Source of the DNA: an uncultured delta proteobacterium
GTDB taxonomy: Bacteria > Desulfobacterota > Binatia > JACPRU01
Direction: 5' to 3'
Assembly: GCA_963745025.1 (NCBI GenBank)
Contig: CAVUWD010000014.1
Span: 128,001 to 192,000 of the forward strand
Length of the DNA: 64,000 nucleotides
The notes below the pieces were generated by a model that was not told where the DNA came from, searched no databases, and was given only the letters and a program-made list of their open reading frames with translations. Every line of letters begins with the position of its first letter. Position 1 is the stretch's first letter. Below are positions 31,010 to 42,071 of the stretch, piece after piece. The translations under genes and the position numbers were made by a program.

Positions 31010-32349
31010 TCACGAGCGTCGTTTCCGCCTCGCCGCGCCGGAGCGCGCGCGCGCGGTCGTCTTTGGCTCGGCGAGACGGAGCCTTGCGCATCGACTTCGT
31101 GCGGCGCGACTTCGTCTTCACCGCGCTCTTGCGCGGCTTCTTCGCGGCGCTCCCCTTCTTGCGGCGGGCGCACCGCCTTCTTTCGCGGCGGCCTGCGCCG
31201 CGGCTTCGCCCGCGCCGGCCGCCTCGCCGCGAGGGCCTCCTGCCGGCGCTTCTCGACGGTGACGATCAGCGAGTCGAACGATTTCGTGAAGGAGGCCACA
31301 CCGTCAATCTCGAGCTTCCTGGTGACCTCGTCCATGTGAATCCCGGCCTCGGCCAGCTGGTCCATCGCGCGGCGAGCCTCGTCCAGGTTCTTGTCGATGC
31401 GGACCTCGGGATTGCCGTGATCCTTGTACGCGGCGAGCGTCGCCGGCGGCATCGTGTCCACGGTATCGGGGCCGACGAGCGCTTCGACATAGTAGGTATC
31501 AGGATACGCCGGGTTTTTCGTCGAGGTGCTGGCCCAGAGCGGCCGCTGCAGTCGCGCGCCGTGGTTCCTGAGCCCGGCGTACGCCTCGGTCGAGAACTTC
31601 TTACGAAACTCGGCGTACGCGAGCTTGGCGTTGGCGATCGCCGCCTTGCCCTTGAGGCTCGCGAGAAGCTCCTTCCGCTCCGCCCCCGCGGCGATCTTCT
31701 CGTCGAGCAGCTTGTCGACCAGCGTGTCGACGCGGCTCACGAAGAAACTCGCGACCGACGAGACGCGATCGATCTTCTGGCCCGCCTCGAGCCGGCGAAT
31801 GAGCCCGCGCAGATACGCGTCCATGACCTCTTCGTAGCGCTTGAGCGAGAAGATCAGCGTGACGTTGATGCTCAGGCCGTCGGCGATCGACTGCTCGATC
31901 GCCGGGACGCCCGGGGCGGTCGCAGGAATCTTGACCATCAAGTTCGGCCGATTGACGGTGCTCCACAATCGCCGCGCTTCTCGAATCGTCGCCTGCGTTT
32001 CGTTGGCGAGCTTCGGCGCGACTTCGATCGAAACGAAACCGTCGGCGCCGCCGGTGCGTTCGAAGACCGGCGCTAGCACGTCGGCGGCGTTCCTGATGTC
32101 GTCGATCGCCAGCGCGTCGAAGATCTCTTCCGCGGTCTTGCCGTCGCGGGCCAGGCGATGAAGATCCGCGTCGTAGTCCGTCGAGCCGCCGATCGCCTGC
32201 TCGAAGATCGTCGGGTTGGAGGTGAGGCCGGTGATGTCCCCGTCGTCCACCATCCGCTTGAGCGATCCCGAGGTCAGCTGCTGGCGCCGGATGTTGTCGT
32301 GCCAGGGAGACTGGCCGAGCTGCCGGAGTCGGATCAACGGATTCGCCAT
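31010..32349 (-). CDS. tal: Transaldolase with Lys/Arg-rich C-terminal tail (tail frameshifted; stop approximate)
   Basis: GQSPWHDN, TSNPTIF, VSIEV, VKIPAT, NVTLIFS, ASFFVSR, RPLWAST. Confidence 0.93.
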
Positions 32350-32431
32350 TGCGGTCTCCTTCCCGTCCGAGCGGAGCGATCCTCCCTGCCCGGTTACCAC
32401 AGGGATCGGAGGCGGCTCAATCCGCCCCGGA

Positions 32432-34480
32432 TTACAGCATCCCGAGCGCTCGGGCGACGACGTGCTCCGCCGTGAAGCCGAACTCCTTCATGAGCGTCGG
32501 CCCGGGAGCGGAGGCGCCGAAGCGGTCGATGCCGATCGTTTGGCCGCACTCGCCCACCCACCGGTGCCACCCGAGCGTGATTCCCGCCTCGACCGAGAGG
32601 CGGCGCCTGAGCGCCGGAGGCAGCACGCTCTCGCGATAGTCTTTCGGCTGCTCCGCGAAGAGCTCCCAGCACGGCATCGACACGAGCCGTGTCTTCACCC
32701 CCTTGTCGGCGAGCACCCGTTCGGCGGCGACGATGTGCTGCACCTCGGAGCCGGTGGCGATGAGCGCGATGTCGGGCGCGTCGAGCTTCGGATTCAGCAC
32801 GTACGCACCGCGGCGCAGTCCCTCGGCAGGGGCGTACCGCGAGCGATCGAGCGTCGGCAGGTTCTGCCGCGTCAGGGCCAACACCGTCGGCCGATGGCGA
32901 TTTTCGATCGCCACTCGCCACGCCCACGCGGTCTCGTTCGCGTCGGCCGGGCGAATGAAGACGAGATCGGGGATCGCCCGCAGCGCCATGTAGTGCTCCA
33001 CCGCCTGATGCGTCGGTCCGTCCTCGCCGAGACCGATCGAATCGTGGGTATAGACCCAAATCGCACCGAGGCGGCTGAGCGCCGACAGGCGGATCGCGGG
33101 CCGCATGTAATCGGAGAAGATGAGGAACGTCGAGCCGTAAGGGATAAGCCCCCCGTGGAGCGCCATGCCGTTCACGGCCGCGCCCATGGCGTGCTCGCGC
33201 ACGCCGAAATGGAGGTTTCGCCCCTCGTAGCCCCACGCCCCTCCGACCCGGCCTTGCGCTCCGTCGGGAGAGACCGCCGCGCTCTCGAAGTCCCCTTCGC
33301 CCTTGAGCCAGGTGAAGGTCGAGGGATCGAGATCAGCCGATCCGCCGATGAGCTCGGGGAGCGCTTTGGCGAGCGCTTGCATCACCGCTTCGGAGGCTTT
33401 TCGCGTGGCGAGACCCTTCCCGTCGGCGGGAGAACGTCGGCAGACTCCGCGTCCCAGCCCTCCGGGCAGCTCCGCGCCGAAGGTCCGGCGGAGCTCCGCG
33501 GCGAGATCCGGAAAAGCGCGGCCGTAGGCGTCGAGCCGCTGCTCCCAGCTCCGACGCGCCTTCTTCCCTTCGTCCAGGGCGCGCCGGAAATTGGCGAGCG
33601 CGGCGGCAGGAATGTGAAAGGGCGGCTCCAACGGCCAGCCGAGCTTCTGCTTGGCCGCCTTGACCTCGTCGGGGCCGAGCGGCGAGCCGTGCGCCTCGAA
33701 CGTCCCCGCCTTGTGGGGCGCGCCGTAGCCGATCTCGGTCCGCACGATCACCAGCGAGGGTCGGCGCGTCTCGCTCCGCGCGCTCTTCAAGGCGCGATCG
33801 ACGCCATCCGGATCGTTACCGTCCGCGACGTGCTCGACGTGCCAGCCGTAGGCCGCGAACCGCGCTCCCACGTCTTCGCTGAAGCACAGCGACGTCGATC
33901 CCGCGAGGCTGATGCGATTGTCGTCGTAAACGACGATCAGCTTGCCGAGCCCGAGATGCCCGGCGACCGAGCAGGCCTCGGAGGCGACGCCCTCCATCAG
34001 GTCACCGTCGCTCGCCAGCACGTAGGTGTGGTGATCGACGATCGCATGTCCCGGGCGGTTGAAGCGCGCCGCCAGGTGCGCCTCGGCGATCGCCATGCCG
34101 ACGGCATTGGAGATCCCCTGGCCGAGCGGGCCCGTCGTGGCCTCGACGCCGGGGGTCAGGTGATTCTCCGGATGCCCGGGGGTGCGGCTGCCCCATTGCC
34201 GGAATTTCTGGATGTCCTCGAGCGACAGGTCGTAGCCGGTCAGATGAAGCAGCGAGTAGAGCAGCATCGAGCCGTGTCCGGCCGAAAGCACGAAGCGGTC
34301 GCGGTCGGGCCACTTGGGATCCGAAGGGTCGTGCTTCAAGAAGCGCGTCCACAGGACGTATGCCGTCGCCGCCGCACCCATCGGCAGCCCGGGATGGCCC
34401 GAGTTGGCCGCCTGCACCGCATCCACCGAGAGAAAGCGGATCGTGTTGATCGAAAGCGAATCGAGCTCCGTTGCCGGCAT
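32432..34480 (-). CDS. tkt: Transketolase
   Basis: [35 protein letters not shown]. Confidence 0.97.
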   Translation of the reverse strand: MPATELDSLSINTIRFLSVDAVQAANSGHPGLPMGAAATAYVLWTRFLKHDPSDPKWPDRDRFVLSAGHGSMLLYSLLHLTGYDLSLEDIQKFRQWGSRTPGHPENHLTPGVEATTGPLGQGISNAVGMAIAEAHLAARFNRPGHAIVDHHTYVLASDGDLMEGVASEACSVAGHLGLGKLIVVYDDNRISLAGSTSLCFSEDVGARFAAYGWHVEHVADGNDPDGVDRALKSARSETRRPSLVIVRTEIGYGAPHKAGTFEAHGSPLGPDEVKAAKQKLGWPLEPPFHIPAAALANFRRALDEGKKARRSWEQRLDAYGRAFPDLAAELRRTFGAELPGGLGRGVCRRSPADGKGLATRKASEAVMQALAKALPELIGGSADLDPSTFTWLKGEGDFESAAVSPDGAQGRVGGAWGYEGRNLHFGVREHAMGAAVNGMALHGGLIPYGSTFLIFSDYMRPAIRLSALSRLGAIWVYTHDSIGLGEDGPTHQAVEHYMALRAIPDLVFIRPADANETAWAWRVAIENRHRPTVLALTRQNLPTLDRSRYAPAEGLRRGAYVLNPKLDAPDIALIATGSEVQHIVAAERVLADKGVKTRLVSMPCWELFAEQPKDYRESVLPPALRRRLSVEAGITLGWHRWVGECGQTIGIDRFGASAPGPTLMKEFGFTAEHVVARALGML

Positions 34481-34493
34481 CGGAAGACCTCTT

Positions 34494-35183
34494 TCAGGAT
34501 ACTCGCTCGCGAACGCGGACGGCGTTTCCGTCCTGCACGAGCACTCGCTCCGCCATACCGATGAACAGGCCGGTCTCCACCACGCCGGGAATTTCCCGGA
34601 TGGCGCGATCGACCACGGCGGGGTCGTCTATACCTCCGAACCCACAGTCGAGAATGTAGTTTCCGTTGTCGCTGACGAACGGGCCCTGGGCAGCCTTGCG
34701 GAGCACCGGATTGGCACCGAGCGCCGCCAGGCGCCGCTCGCAGAGCGCGAGCCCGAACGGAACGATCTCGACCGGAAGCGGGCAGCGCACGCCGAGACGC
34801 TCGACGATCTTCTCGGCGCCGACGACGACGATCAGCCGCTGCGACGAGGCGGCAACGATCTTTTCGCGCACGAGCGCGCCGCCGAGGCCCTTGATGAGGT
34901 CGAGACGAGGATCGACCTCATCTGCGCCATCGATCGTGAGATCGAGTTCGCCGGTTTCGGCGAGCATGGTGAGGCAAAGACCCAGCCTCTCCGCGCGTCG
35001 ACGGGTCGCCTCGGAGGTCGGCACGCAGATCACCGTCAACCCTTGGCGCACCCGACCAGCCAGCGCAGTGACGAACGCCATCGCGGCTCGGCCGGTCCCA
35101 AGCCCCACCTTCATCCCATCCTCGACGTATGCGGCCGCCGCCTCTCCCAACGCCCACAGCGCGCCTTCCGCGGTCGTGCCCAT
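34494..35183 (-). CDS. rpiA: Ribose-5-phosphate isomerase A
   Basis: GLGTG, DGADEVD, KGLGGAL.REK, SDNGN. Confidence 0.95.
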   Translation of the reverse strand: MGTTAEGALWALGEAAAAYVEDGMKVGLGTGRAAMAFVTALAGRVRQGLTVICVPTSEATRRRAERLGLCLTMLAETGELDLTIDGADEVDPRLDLIKGLGGALVREKIVAASSQRLIVVVGAEKIVERLGVRCPLPVEIVPFGLALCERRLAALGANPVLRKAAQGPFVSDNGNYILDCGFGGIDDPAVVDRAIREIPGVVETGLFIGMAERVLVQDGNAVRVRERVS

Positions 35184-35372
35184 CGCTCGAGCACGATATC
35201 AATTCGACACCACCGCTAGAAGCCCCCGCGAGTCATCGGCTCGAGCGTCGCCGAGCGTCGTTCCCGATGCCGAACGATCATGGAGGATCCGCCCACGAGA
35301 CGCATGGCTGGGTCGCAGATCGCTCCCGTTGGTCGCGCATCGGCTTCGACCGTGCCGCCTATCGAGCGAGCG

Positions 35373-36269
35373 CTACACCCCCGCCTCGGGGATCGCCTCC
35401 TCCGGCGCTTCTTCCGCACGCGGTCCCATCAAGCGGATCGCGAGGAACCCGGCCAGGCCGACGAGCAGGGCGCCGGCCAACGAGAACGTGTCGGGCACCT
35501 CGCCCCAGAAGAGCCATCCGAACAGCGCCGCGAACACGACGGAGCTGTACGTGAAGGGGCCGATATGCGCGGCCGGAGCCAAAGCGTAGGCGCGCGTGAG
35601 GAGAAGCTGACCGGAGGTCGCGAGCACGCCGACGAGGACGAGCAGCGCAAGCGTGGGGAGCGATGGGGTTCGCCAGCCCCAGAGAAGCGGCGGCGCCGAC
35701 GCGAGCGAGCAGACGGCCCCGAAGTAGAAGACGATGCGCGTGGTCGGCTCTTCGCGCGCAAGTCCGCGAATCGCGACCATCGCGGTCGCCGTGAGCACAC
35801 CGGACGCCAGCCCGACGATCGAGGCGAGGGACAAGAACCCGAGACCGGGCTTCAGGATCAGGGTGATGCCTGCAAAGCCGGCACCGATCGCCCAACCGAT
35901 GCGCCCCGGGATCGGCTCTCCGATCCAGAGCCAGGCGATGAACGGGATGAACAGCGGCGAGGAGTAGTTGAGAAGCATCGCTTCGCCGAGCGGCAGGTGC
36001 GCGATCGCGTAGAAGAAGCAGTACATCGCCGCGAGGCCCGCGAGCGCGCGTGTCACCTGTCGGCGCGGATAGGGGGTGCGCAGCGCCGCAGAGCCGCCGC
36101 GGACGAGCCACGGTATCAGCGCGACGAGACCGAAGAAGCTCCGGAAGAAGACCACCATTTGGTTTGTCGCCTGCGCCGATGCGAGCTTCACCGCGGCGCC
36201 GGCCGAGGCGAACAGGAAGGAAGAGCCGAGCAGCAGAAGGGCGGCGAGATTCCGATCTTCGCGGTCCAT
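35373..36269 (-). CDS. DMT/EamA family transporter
   Basis: About 10 TM helices in two EamA repeats; VFFRS, SPLF, GE.I. Confidence 0.85.
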   Translation of the reverse strand: MDREDRNLAALLLLGSSFLFASAGAAVKLASAQATNQMVVFFRSFFGLVALIPWLVRGGSAALRTPYPRRQVTRALAGLAAMYCFFYAIAHLPLGEAMLLNYSSPLFIPFIAWLWIGEPIPGRIGWAIGAGFAGITLILKPGLGFLSLASIVGLASGVLTATAMVAIRGLAREEPTTRIVFYFGAVCSLASAPPLLWGWRTPSLPTLALLVLVGVLATSGQLLLTRAYALAPAAHIGPFTYSSVVFAALFGWLFWGEVPDTFSLAGALLVGLAGFLAIRLMGPRAEEAPEEAIPEAGV

Positions 36270-36487
36270 CGTTGGAAAAGCGCCAGACTCTGTCATGGGT
36301 GGATGCCTGCGGCAATCCAGGGGCGCGGAACGACACCGTGATCGACCGCTCGGATGTGCTCGAGGACGCCGATTCGGAAGTCGCGCTCACGCGCGCCAAA
36401 CGATTGCCAAGCGGACCGGATCCGGCTCAAATCCGTCCGGATGGCGCAACCAAGCCGCAACTTCGCACCGATCGTTGACGCGGCGGC

Positions 36488-37825
36488 ATGAGCCTCCGCG
36501 ACCGGCTCGATCGCCGCTTCGCGGTCTCCGCATCGGGCTCGACGCTCGGGCGCGAGACGCTCGGCGGCTTCACCACCTTTCTGTCGATGGCGTACATCGC
36601 GGTGGTGAACCCGGTGTTTCTCGCCGCCGCCGGCATCGCTCCCGAGGACGCCATCCTCGCGACGATTGCGGCCGCGGCATTCGCGACGATCCTCATGGGG
36701 CTCGCCGCCAACCTTCCCGTCGCGCTCGCGCCAGGAATGGGCCTGAACGCCTTCTTCGCCTACACGATCTGCATCCAGCACAAGGTCCCGTGGCAAACCG
36801 GGCTCGGCCTGCTGGCAATCGTGGCGATCGTGTTCTTGGGGCTGACCCTCGGCCGCATTCGCGAGATCCTCACGGAGGCGGTGCCGAAGACCCTGCGCTT
36901 CGCCTCGGCCGTCGGCATCGGTCTCTTCATCAGCGTCATCGGCCTCGAGCACAGCGGTATCGTCGTCGCGGATCGCGCCACACTGGTCACGCTCGGCGAT
37001 CTGCGCGCGCCGCCGACACTCTTGGCGCTCGCCGGTCTCGCCGTCACGCTCGCGCTGATGGCGCGTGGAGCGCGCGCCGCGGTCTTCTGGGGCATGGCGA
37101 CCACGGTCGCAATCGGTTGGGCCTCCGGCGTCGTCGACATCGGCCCGCCCTGGATGCGGCTGCCGCGCGGCCGGTTTCCGGGCCTCGAGATGGATCTTGC
37201 CGGAGCGCTCCGGCTCGATCTTCTGCCGCTCGCCGTCGTTCTCCTCTTCTTCGCGATCTTCGATGCCATGGGGACGCTCTTCGCGGTCGGCGCCGAGGCG
37301 GGTCTCCTCGACGAGCAGGGACGGTTTCCTCGCCTGGGCGTGGCGCTGATGGTCGATGCGATCGGTGCGCTCGCCGGCGCGCTCGCCGGCACGTCCTCGG
37401 TCACCTGCTACATCGAGAGCGCCACCGGCGCCGCCGTGGGCGCGCGCACGGGCCTGGCCAATCTCGTCACCGGGGGTTGCTTCCTCGCGGCGCTATTTCT
37501 CATTCCGCTCGTCGCGCAGATCGCCGCCGGGATTCGCGTCGGCGACCACGTCTTCTATCCGGTGACCGCGCCGGCGCTGATCGTGGTCGGCGTTCTGATG
37601 GCGCAGACCGTCGTGCGCATCGACTGGAGCGACCTCACGGAAGCGGCGCCAGCGTTCCTGACGCTCGCGCTGATGCCCGCGACCTTCAGCATCTCGCACG
37701 GACTGGCAGCGGGCTTCGTCAGCTACGCCGGCATGAAGCTTGCCGCCGGCCGCGCGCGCGAAGCGCACTGGCTCGTCTATGCGATCGCGCTGCTCTTCAC
37801 CTGGCGCTACCTCTTTCTGAGTTGA
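36488..37825 (+). CDS. NCS2 family (AzgA/PbuG-like) purine permease
   Basis: GGFTTFLSMAYI.VVNP, APGMGLNAFF, YIESATG, GARTGL. Confidence 0.93.
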   Translation: MSLRDRLDRRFAVSASGSTLGRETLGGFTTFLSMAYIAVVNPVFLAAAGIAPEDAILATIAAAAFATILMGLAANLPVALAPGMGLNAFFAYTICIQHKVPWQTGLGLLAIVAIVFLGLTLGRIREILTEAVPKTLRFASAVGIGLFISVIGLEHSGIVVADRATLVTLGDLRAPPTLLALAGLAVTLALMARGARAAVFWGMATTVAIGWASGVVDIGPPWMRLPRGRFPGLEMDLAGALRLDLLPLAVVLLFFAIFDAMGTLFAVGAEAGLLDEQGRFPRLGVALMVDAIGALAGALAGTSSVTCYIESATGAAVGARTGLANLVTGGCFLAALFLIPLVAQIAAGIRVGDHVFYPVTAPALIVVGVLMAQTVVRIDWSDLTEAAPAFLTLALMPATFSISHGLAAGFVSYAGMKLAAGRAREAHWLVYAIALLFTWRYLFLS

Positions 37826-37882
37826 TCGGGGCGCTCGCTCGACAGGCTGCGCCGGCCGGAGACGGTTCGCGACCAACGGGAG

Positions 37883-38128
37883 CTACCGGTTCGGGTGGAA
37901 TCTCTCGGGCAGGGTCTCGTGCTCGGCGCGACCCGGGTAGAGGGCTACGCGCGTGGTGCCGTATTCGACGCCGCACTTTCGGCACACGCGGCGGTGTGGG
38001 AGGCGCGCGGCGCGTTGATCGGCGGCATCGACGATGATGCCGCCGCCGCAGTTCCGGCAGATCTCGCGGCCGATCTGGCCGACGGGGGGCTCCTTGCCGA
38101 GAAGGCTTGCGCTCAATCGCTTGGCCAT
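37883..38128 (-). CDS. Small hypothetical zinc-ribbon protein
   Basis: CRNC and CRKC pairs; ATG 7 nt after the upstream stop. Confidence 0.5.
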   Translation of the reverse strand: MAKRLSASLLGKEPPVGQIGREICRNCGGGIIVDAADQRAARLPHRRVCRKCGVEYGTTRVALYPGRAEHETLPERFHPNR

Positions 38129-38135
38129 CGTCGTT

Positions 38136-38519
38136 TCAGAGCCGGCGGTACTCGACGTAGATGTGGTCGACGCGGCCACGGTCGTTGATAAACACGTTGA
38201 GAACGAAGCTCACCAGGCTGAGGACCAGCGCGCCGATCAGCGCCGAGCCGAAGCTGTCCACCGTGAAGCCCCGGACGATCGACCCGGTGAGCTCGAGCAT
38301 CACCGCGTTGATCACGAACGTGAAGAGGCCGAGGGTCAGGAGATTGATCGGCAGCGTGAGCAGCAGGAAAAAGGGGCGCACCAGCGCGTTCAGGATGCCG
38401 AGCACCAGCGCGGCCACGAGCGTGGCGACGGCGCCCTCCGCATGGATGCCGGGCACGATCTCGCTGACGACCCAGAGCGCGAACGCGTTCAATACCCAGC
38501 GCAGCGCGAGGCCCAGCAT
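38136..38519 (-). CDS. 4-TMS phage-holin-like membrane protein (YvlD family)
   Basis: LNALVRP, LTLP..LLTLGLF..VINA, FGSALIGAL. Confidence 0.9.
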   Translation of the reverse strand: MLGLALRWVLNAFALWVVSEIVPGIHAEGAVATLVAALVLGILNALVRPFFLLLTLPINLLTLGLFTFVINAVMLELTGSIVRGFTVDSFGSALIGALVLSLVSFVLNVFINDRGRVDHIYVEYRRL

Positions 38520-38525
38520 GGACGA

Positions 38526-38750
38526 TCAGGATCCCGCTTTCGCCGATTCGAGCCGGAAGCCGACCTTGAGCACGACCTGGAACTCGGCGACCTTGCCGTT
38601 CTTGATGAACCCTCGCTGATTCACGACCTCGAACCAATCGAGGTTGCGCAACGTCTCGGACGCTTTGGCGACGGCGTTCTTCGTCGCCTCCGCGTAGCTC
38701 TTGTCGGAAATGCCGCAGAGCTCGATGATCTTGAAGGTCTTCCCTGGCAT
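38526..38750 (-). CDS. Dodecin flavin-binding protein
   Basis: KIIELCGIS, ASETLRNLDWFEV, FQVVLKVGFRL. Confidence 0.93.
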   Translation of the reverse strand: MPGKTFKIIELCGISDKSYAEATKNAVAKASETLRNLDWFEVVNQRGFIKNGKVAEFQVVLKVGFRLESAKAGS

Positions 38751-38880
38751 GGCTTCCTCCTCGTGGGCGGAGAGTCTAGACCAACCTGCTGGCTACCGGC
38801 TACGGCAAGGGGCGCCACGGGCTCATGCGCCCCCCTTTCAAAGTCTCACTTGTAGTGCCGGCCCGATGGGCGGGTCAATC

Positions 38881-38936
38881 GGCACGGGAATCTCGGCACG
38901 GGAATCTCGTCACGGGAATCTCGTCACGGAAATCTT
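38881..38936. repeat. 14-bp tandem repeat x4
   Basis: GGCACGGGAATCTC x2, GTCACGGGAATCTC, GTCACGGAAATCTT. Confidence 0.9.
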
Positions 38937-39035
38937 TCGTTTGACGGATGCTTCGGCTCTTTGTCAGGCCTCGCGAGCCAGATCACGATCGGTCGGCCTT
39001 GAAGTTCCCCCGCAAGGTGGCGGTGATGAAGGCCT

Positions 39036-39692
39036 TCACGCAGGCGCTTTCGCATAGGCGGAGATCAGCCATGCGGAGAGCTGGATGAGATGCGCGCGAA
39101 TGCGACGAGCGATCTCCGGATCCGCGATGCGTCCGCCGAGAATGTGCGCGTACTGCTGGCTGTCGAGGGTGAAGAGTAGCAGCGTCGAATTCAGCGTGAG
39201 GATCAGGATCTGCGCATCGACGTCGCGGATCCTCTTGCCGCTGTACTCCTTCACCCAGCCACCCAACTCCTTCCACGACGGTAAGAGAACGCCGCCCTCG
39301 GTCGTGTCGCCGAACTCCTCGTTCTCGAGGGTCCGTCGCAGCAGCAAACGCGGAATGTTCGGGTTCGCCGCGAAATGATCGAAGACGCGGCCAACCGAGG
39401 CTTCGTGCACTCCCCGCGGCGAATCGCCTCGGGCCGTCGTCGGCAGCACCGAATCGCGCGAGATCTCGATCAGCTGGTTGTAGATGTTCTGGAAAACCGC
39501 GTGGTAGAGCGTCTCCTTCGATTCCCAATGATAGTGGAGGCTCGAAATGTTGACGCCCGCCTTGGCGGCGATTTTCCGCGTCGAGGCACCCTCGAAGCCC
39601 TTGGTCGCGAACACTTCCTCCGCGGCCTCGAGGATGCGCACCTTGGTCGATGCCGGTACGTCCCGGATCCTTCGCGACGACGCCTTCGCCAT
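39036..39692 (-). CDS. TetR/AcrR family regulator
   Basis: ILEAAEEVFATKGFEGASTRKIAAKAGVNISSLHYHWESKETLY. Confidence 0.95.
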   Translation of the reverse strand: MAKASSRRIRDVPASTKVRILEAAEEVFATKGFEGASTRKIAAKAGVNISSLHYHWESKETLYHAVFQNIYNQLIEISRDSVLPTTARGDSPRGVHEASVGRVFDHFAANPNIPRLLLRRTLENEEFGDTTEGGVLLPSWKELGGWVKEYSGKRIRDVDAQILILTLNSTLLLFTLDSQQYAHILGGRIADPEIARRIRAHLIQLSAWLISAYAKAPA

Positions 39693-40000
39693 GAGTTCCC
39701 TCCCGTTTCCCTCGAGAACAGCAAATCCTGGTTCGATTGATTAAATCGTTTGATTGGATATGTCGGGCAGAGGCCGGCTCGTCAAGAGACCCGGCCTCGG
39801 GCTTCGGGCTCCCATCGCGCCCCGGGCGCCGATGCGGCGAGACGTCGGCGAGCGCAGCCTATGAACGTCGCCCCAGGCTATGGCGCGCTGAGAGGCGCAA
39901 CCGACGGCTCGACCCGGAGTTCCACGGTTCCCTTCTTGTACGTTGCTTGTCGGGCCCGCCAAAAGTCAATCACCCACTCCCGAACTTTCGGAACTTTCGA

Positions 40001-40029
40001 TTGAGGCGCGCCCCCCTCACCGTTAGGAT
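40001..40029 (+). promoter_or_regulatory. Sigma70-like promoter
   Basis: TTGAGG-17 nt-TAGGAT, preceded by tandem GAACTTTCG x2. Confidence 0.5.
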
Positions 40030-40088
40030 ACTCTCGTGTCCAAATCGCGGTTCGAGGGCGGACGTCCGCCGGTGCGGGAGGTTCGACG

Positions 40089-41000
40089 ATGACGCGATCG
40101 AGGGTTCTCCTTCGCCTCCTCGCGTCCTTTCTGCTCGCCGCCGCGTGCGGCGGCGGGCGCAGCGACACGGGCGTCGCTGACAGCGCCTCCGATCTCGTCT
40201 CGAACCAGCCCGCGGCCGCCAAGACCACGCGCCGTTCGAGCACGGCGCCACAGAGCGTGGTATCGACGATCCAGGGAAACGTGTCGAACCTTCAGGTCGC
40301 GCTCCACCCACCGCGGCAGCCACGCGCGGCTGCCCCGTCCCTGCTGGCTTCGCTGCGTGGTCTTCCGCCCTTCGCGTCCGTAGCCAGTGCTGGAACCGGT
40401 TTCGAGGGCATCCACGTGAGCATCGACGGAGCCGACGTCCGCGCGGAGACCGATGCCAGCGGCGTTTTCTCGGTCGTGGGCCGCTATTTTGGCCCGACGA
40501 CGCTTCGCTTCGACCGTGAGGAAGACGACCTCCATGCGCACATGCTGCTCAACGTTCCGAACGGTGGCTCACTGTTCCTGCGCGACGTGACACTCGACGA
40601 CTCGACGGGCCAAGCCAGCGCCGCAATCGAGGATCTCACGTTCGACGGTGTCGTGCTCGACAAAGAGTGCCTCCGCAAGCAGATACAGGTGGCGAGCCGA
40701 TACGCCGCCGGGGGACAGCGCTACGTCGTCGATCTCGCGGACTCGGTGGTGAGCGACGACTCCGGTGAGCCACGCCGCTGCATCCAGCTTCGAAGCGACG
40801 CCGAGGTCCTCGTGCACGGCCTGGTGCAACCGGACGGAAGCATCGGCGGCGGCAACGTGACCGTGTACGACGAGGATCGAACGGCCGAGGCCACGTCCTC
40901 GAATCCCGACGTCACGGGGTCGCCGGCGCGGACGCCCGTGTCGGCGCCACCGGCATTTCCCGATCCGCAAGCTCCGACGCCCGGGCTGCGGACGCAGTAG
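40089..41000 (+). CDS. Hypothetical lipoprotein
   Basis: Signal peptide with lipobox LAAAC; beta-rich body and Pro-rich tail. Confidence 0.7.
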   Translation: MTRSRVLLRLLASFLLAAACGGGRSDTGVADSASDLVSNQPAAAKTTRRSSTAPQSVVSTIQGNVSNLQVALHPPRQPRAAAPSLLASLRGLPPFASVASAGTGFEGIHVSIDGADVRAETDASGVFSVVGRYFGPTTLRFDREEDDLHAHMLLNVPNGGSLFLRDVTLDDSTGQASAAIEDLTFDGVVLDKECLRKQIQVASRYAAGGQRYVVDLADSVVSDDSGEPRRCIQLRSDAEVLVHGLVQPDGSIGGGNVTVYDEDRTAEATSSNPDVTGSPARTPVSAPPAFPDPQAPTPGLRTQ

Positions 41001-41002
41001 AG

Positions 41003-41100
41003 AGTGGGGACGTTGTCCCCCTTGCGGCGAATCGAAATCCGCAGGCCGTTCTCGGCCCAGCCGCCTCGGTCAAATCCGGTACGGCGGCAACGTCCCCGCT
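41003..41100. repeat. Element with about 15-bp terminal inverted repeats between convergent genes
   Basis: AGTGGGGACGTTGTC ... GGCAACGTCCCCGCT; shares GGGGACGTTG with 18314-18395. Confidence 0.65.
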
Positions 41101-41103
41101 CCC

Positions 41104-41403
41104 TCAGCCCATGAATCCCACGATCCAGCCGCGCGTGAGGAAGTCACTCAATGTGAAGGTGAGCAGGAGCAGCAGCCAGACGAATCCGGCCGCGGCGAAG
41201 ACGGCGACGAGCGCGGGAGCGTAGCGCACGTGCATGAAGTAGAGAATCACGAGCGTCGCTTTGGTCGTCGCCACCGCGAGCGCGATGTAGATGCTCAACA
41301 TCCCGAACTTGTAGGTCGCGACGTCCACGGTGACGAGCGTCAGCAGAAGCAGCGTGGCGAAGATGACGGCGTAGATCTTGAACGGAACGACGTGCTCGGA
41401 CAT
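41104..41403 (-). CDS. ctaF: Cytochrome c oxidase subunit IV
   Basis: Three TM helices; KATLVILYFMHVRY. Confidence 0.9.
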   Translation of the reverse strand: MSEHVVPFKIYAVIFATLLLLTLVTVDVATYKFGMLSIYIALAVATTKATLVILYFMHVRYAPALVAVFAAAGFVWLLLLLTFTLSDFLTRGWIVGFMG

Positions 41404-42071
41404 CAGCCCCCCCGGATCAGGTAGAGCAACGGAAAGAGATAGATCCACACGATGTCGACGAAGTGCCAGTAGAGTCCGCCGAGCTCGACCGGCGTGTAAT
41501 ACTGCGAAGAGAAGTTTCCGCGCCAGGCGAGCACGGTGAGCGTGCTCAGCATGCCGATGCCGATGATCATGTGGACGGCGTGCATCCCGGTCATCGCGAA
41601 ATACAGACTGAAAAAGATCTGCGCTTCTCGGCCGTAGGGTCCCTCGAAGTGGAAGTCGCTCCCGGGCACCAGGTGGTGGAGGAACTTGTCGTGGTACTCG
41701 ACCACCTTGATGCCGAGAAAGGTCGACCCCAGCACGATCGTCAGCAGCAGGAATACGACTTGACTCCGCCGGTTGCCGAGCTGGGCCGCGCGCACGGCCA
41801 GCGCCATCGTCATGCTGCTGCCGATCAGCACGCCGGTGTTGATCGCGCCGATGATGTAGTTGAGGTGTTGGCTCGCCGCCGAGAAGGCCTGCGGATACAA
41901 GTAACGATACACCGTGTAGGCCCCGAACAGGCCCCCGAAGAACATCACCTCGGTGACCAGGAACGCCCACATGCCGAGCGTGGACGTCTCCTGTTGCTGC
42001 TCCATCGTCTCGAACTGATGCTGCTGATGCGGAGCCAGCGTGTGCGGTTCCGCCTGCGCGTGATCAGCCAA
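41403..42071 (-). CDS. ctaE: Cytochrome c oxidase subunit III
   Basis: [35 protein letters not shown]. Confidence 0.95.
   Translation of the reverse strand: MADHAQAEPHTLAPHQQHQFETMEQQQETSTLGMWAFLVTEVMFFGGLFGAYTVYRYLYPQAFSAASQHLNYIIGAINTGVLIGSSMTMALAVRAAQLGNRRSQVVFLLLTIVLGSTFLGIKVVEYHDKFLHHLVPGSDFHFEGPYGREAQIFFSLYFAMTGMHAVHMIIGIGMLSTLTVLAWRGNFSSQYYTPVELGGLYWHFVDIVWIYLFPLLYLIRGG

Noticed and set aside
32216-34564. Long antisense ORFs (782 aa here; also 5082-6692, 13526-15481, 27514-29220, 53843-55411)
   Set aside because: Shadow ORFs of high-GC genes on the opposite strand; no recognisable motifs.
36297-36487. Purine riboswitch upstream of the NCS2 permease
   Set aside because: No purine-aptamer consensus or expression-platform terminator recognisable by eye.
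38136-38519. Prophage lysis gene
   Set aside because: YvlD-like family is commonly chromosomal; no endolysin, integrase or structural genes nearby.
38881-38936. Possible CRISPR array
   Set aside because: Units are 14 bp, have no spacers, and no cas genes are in the window.
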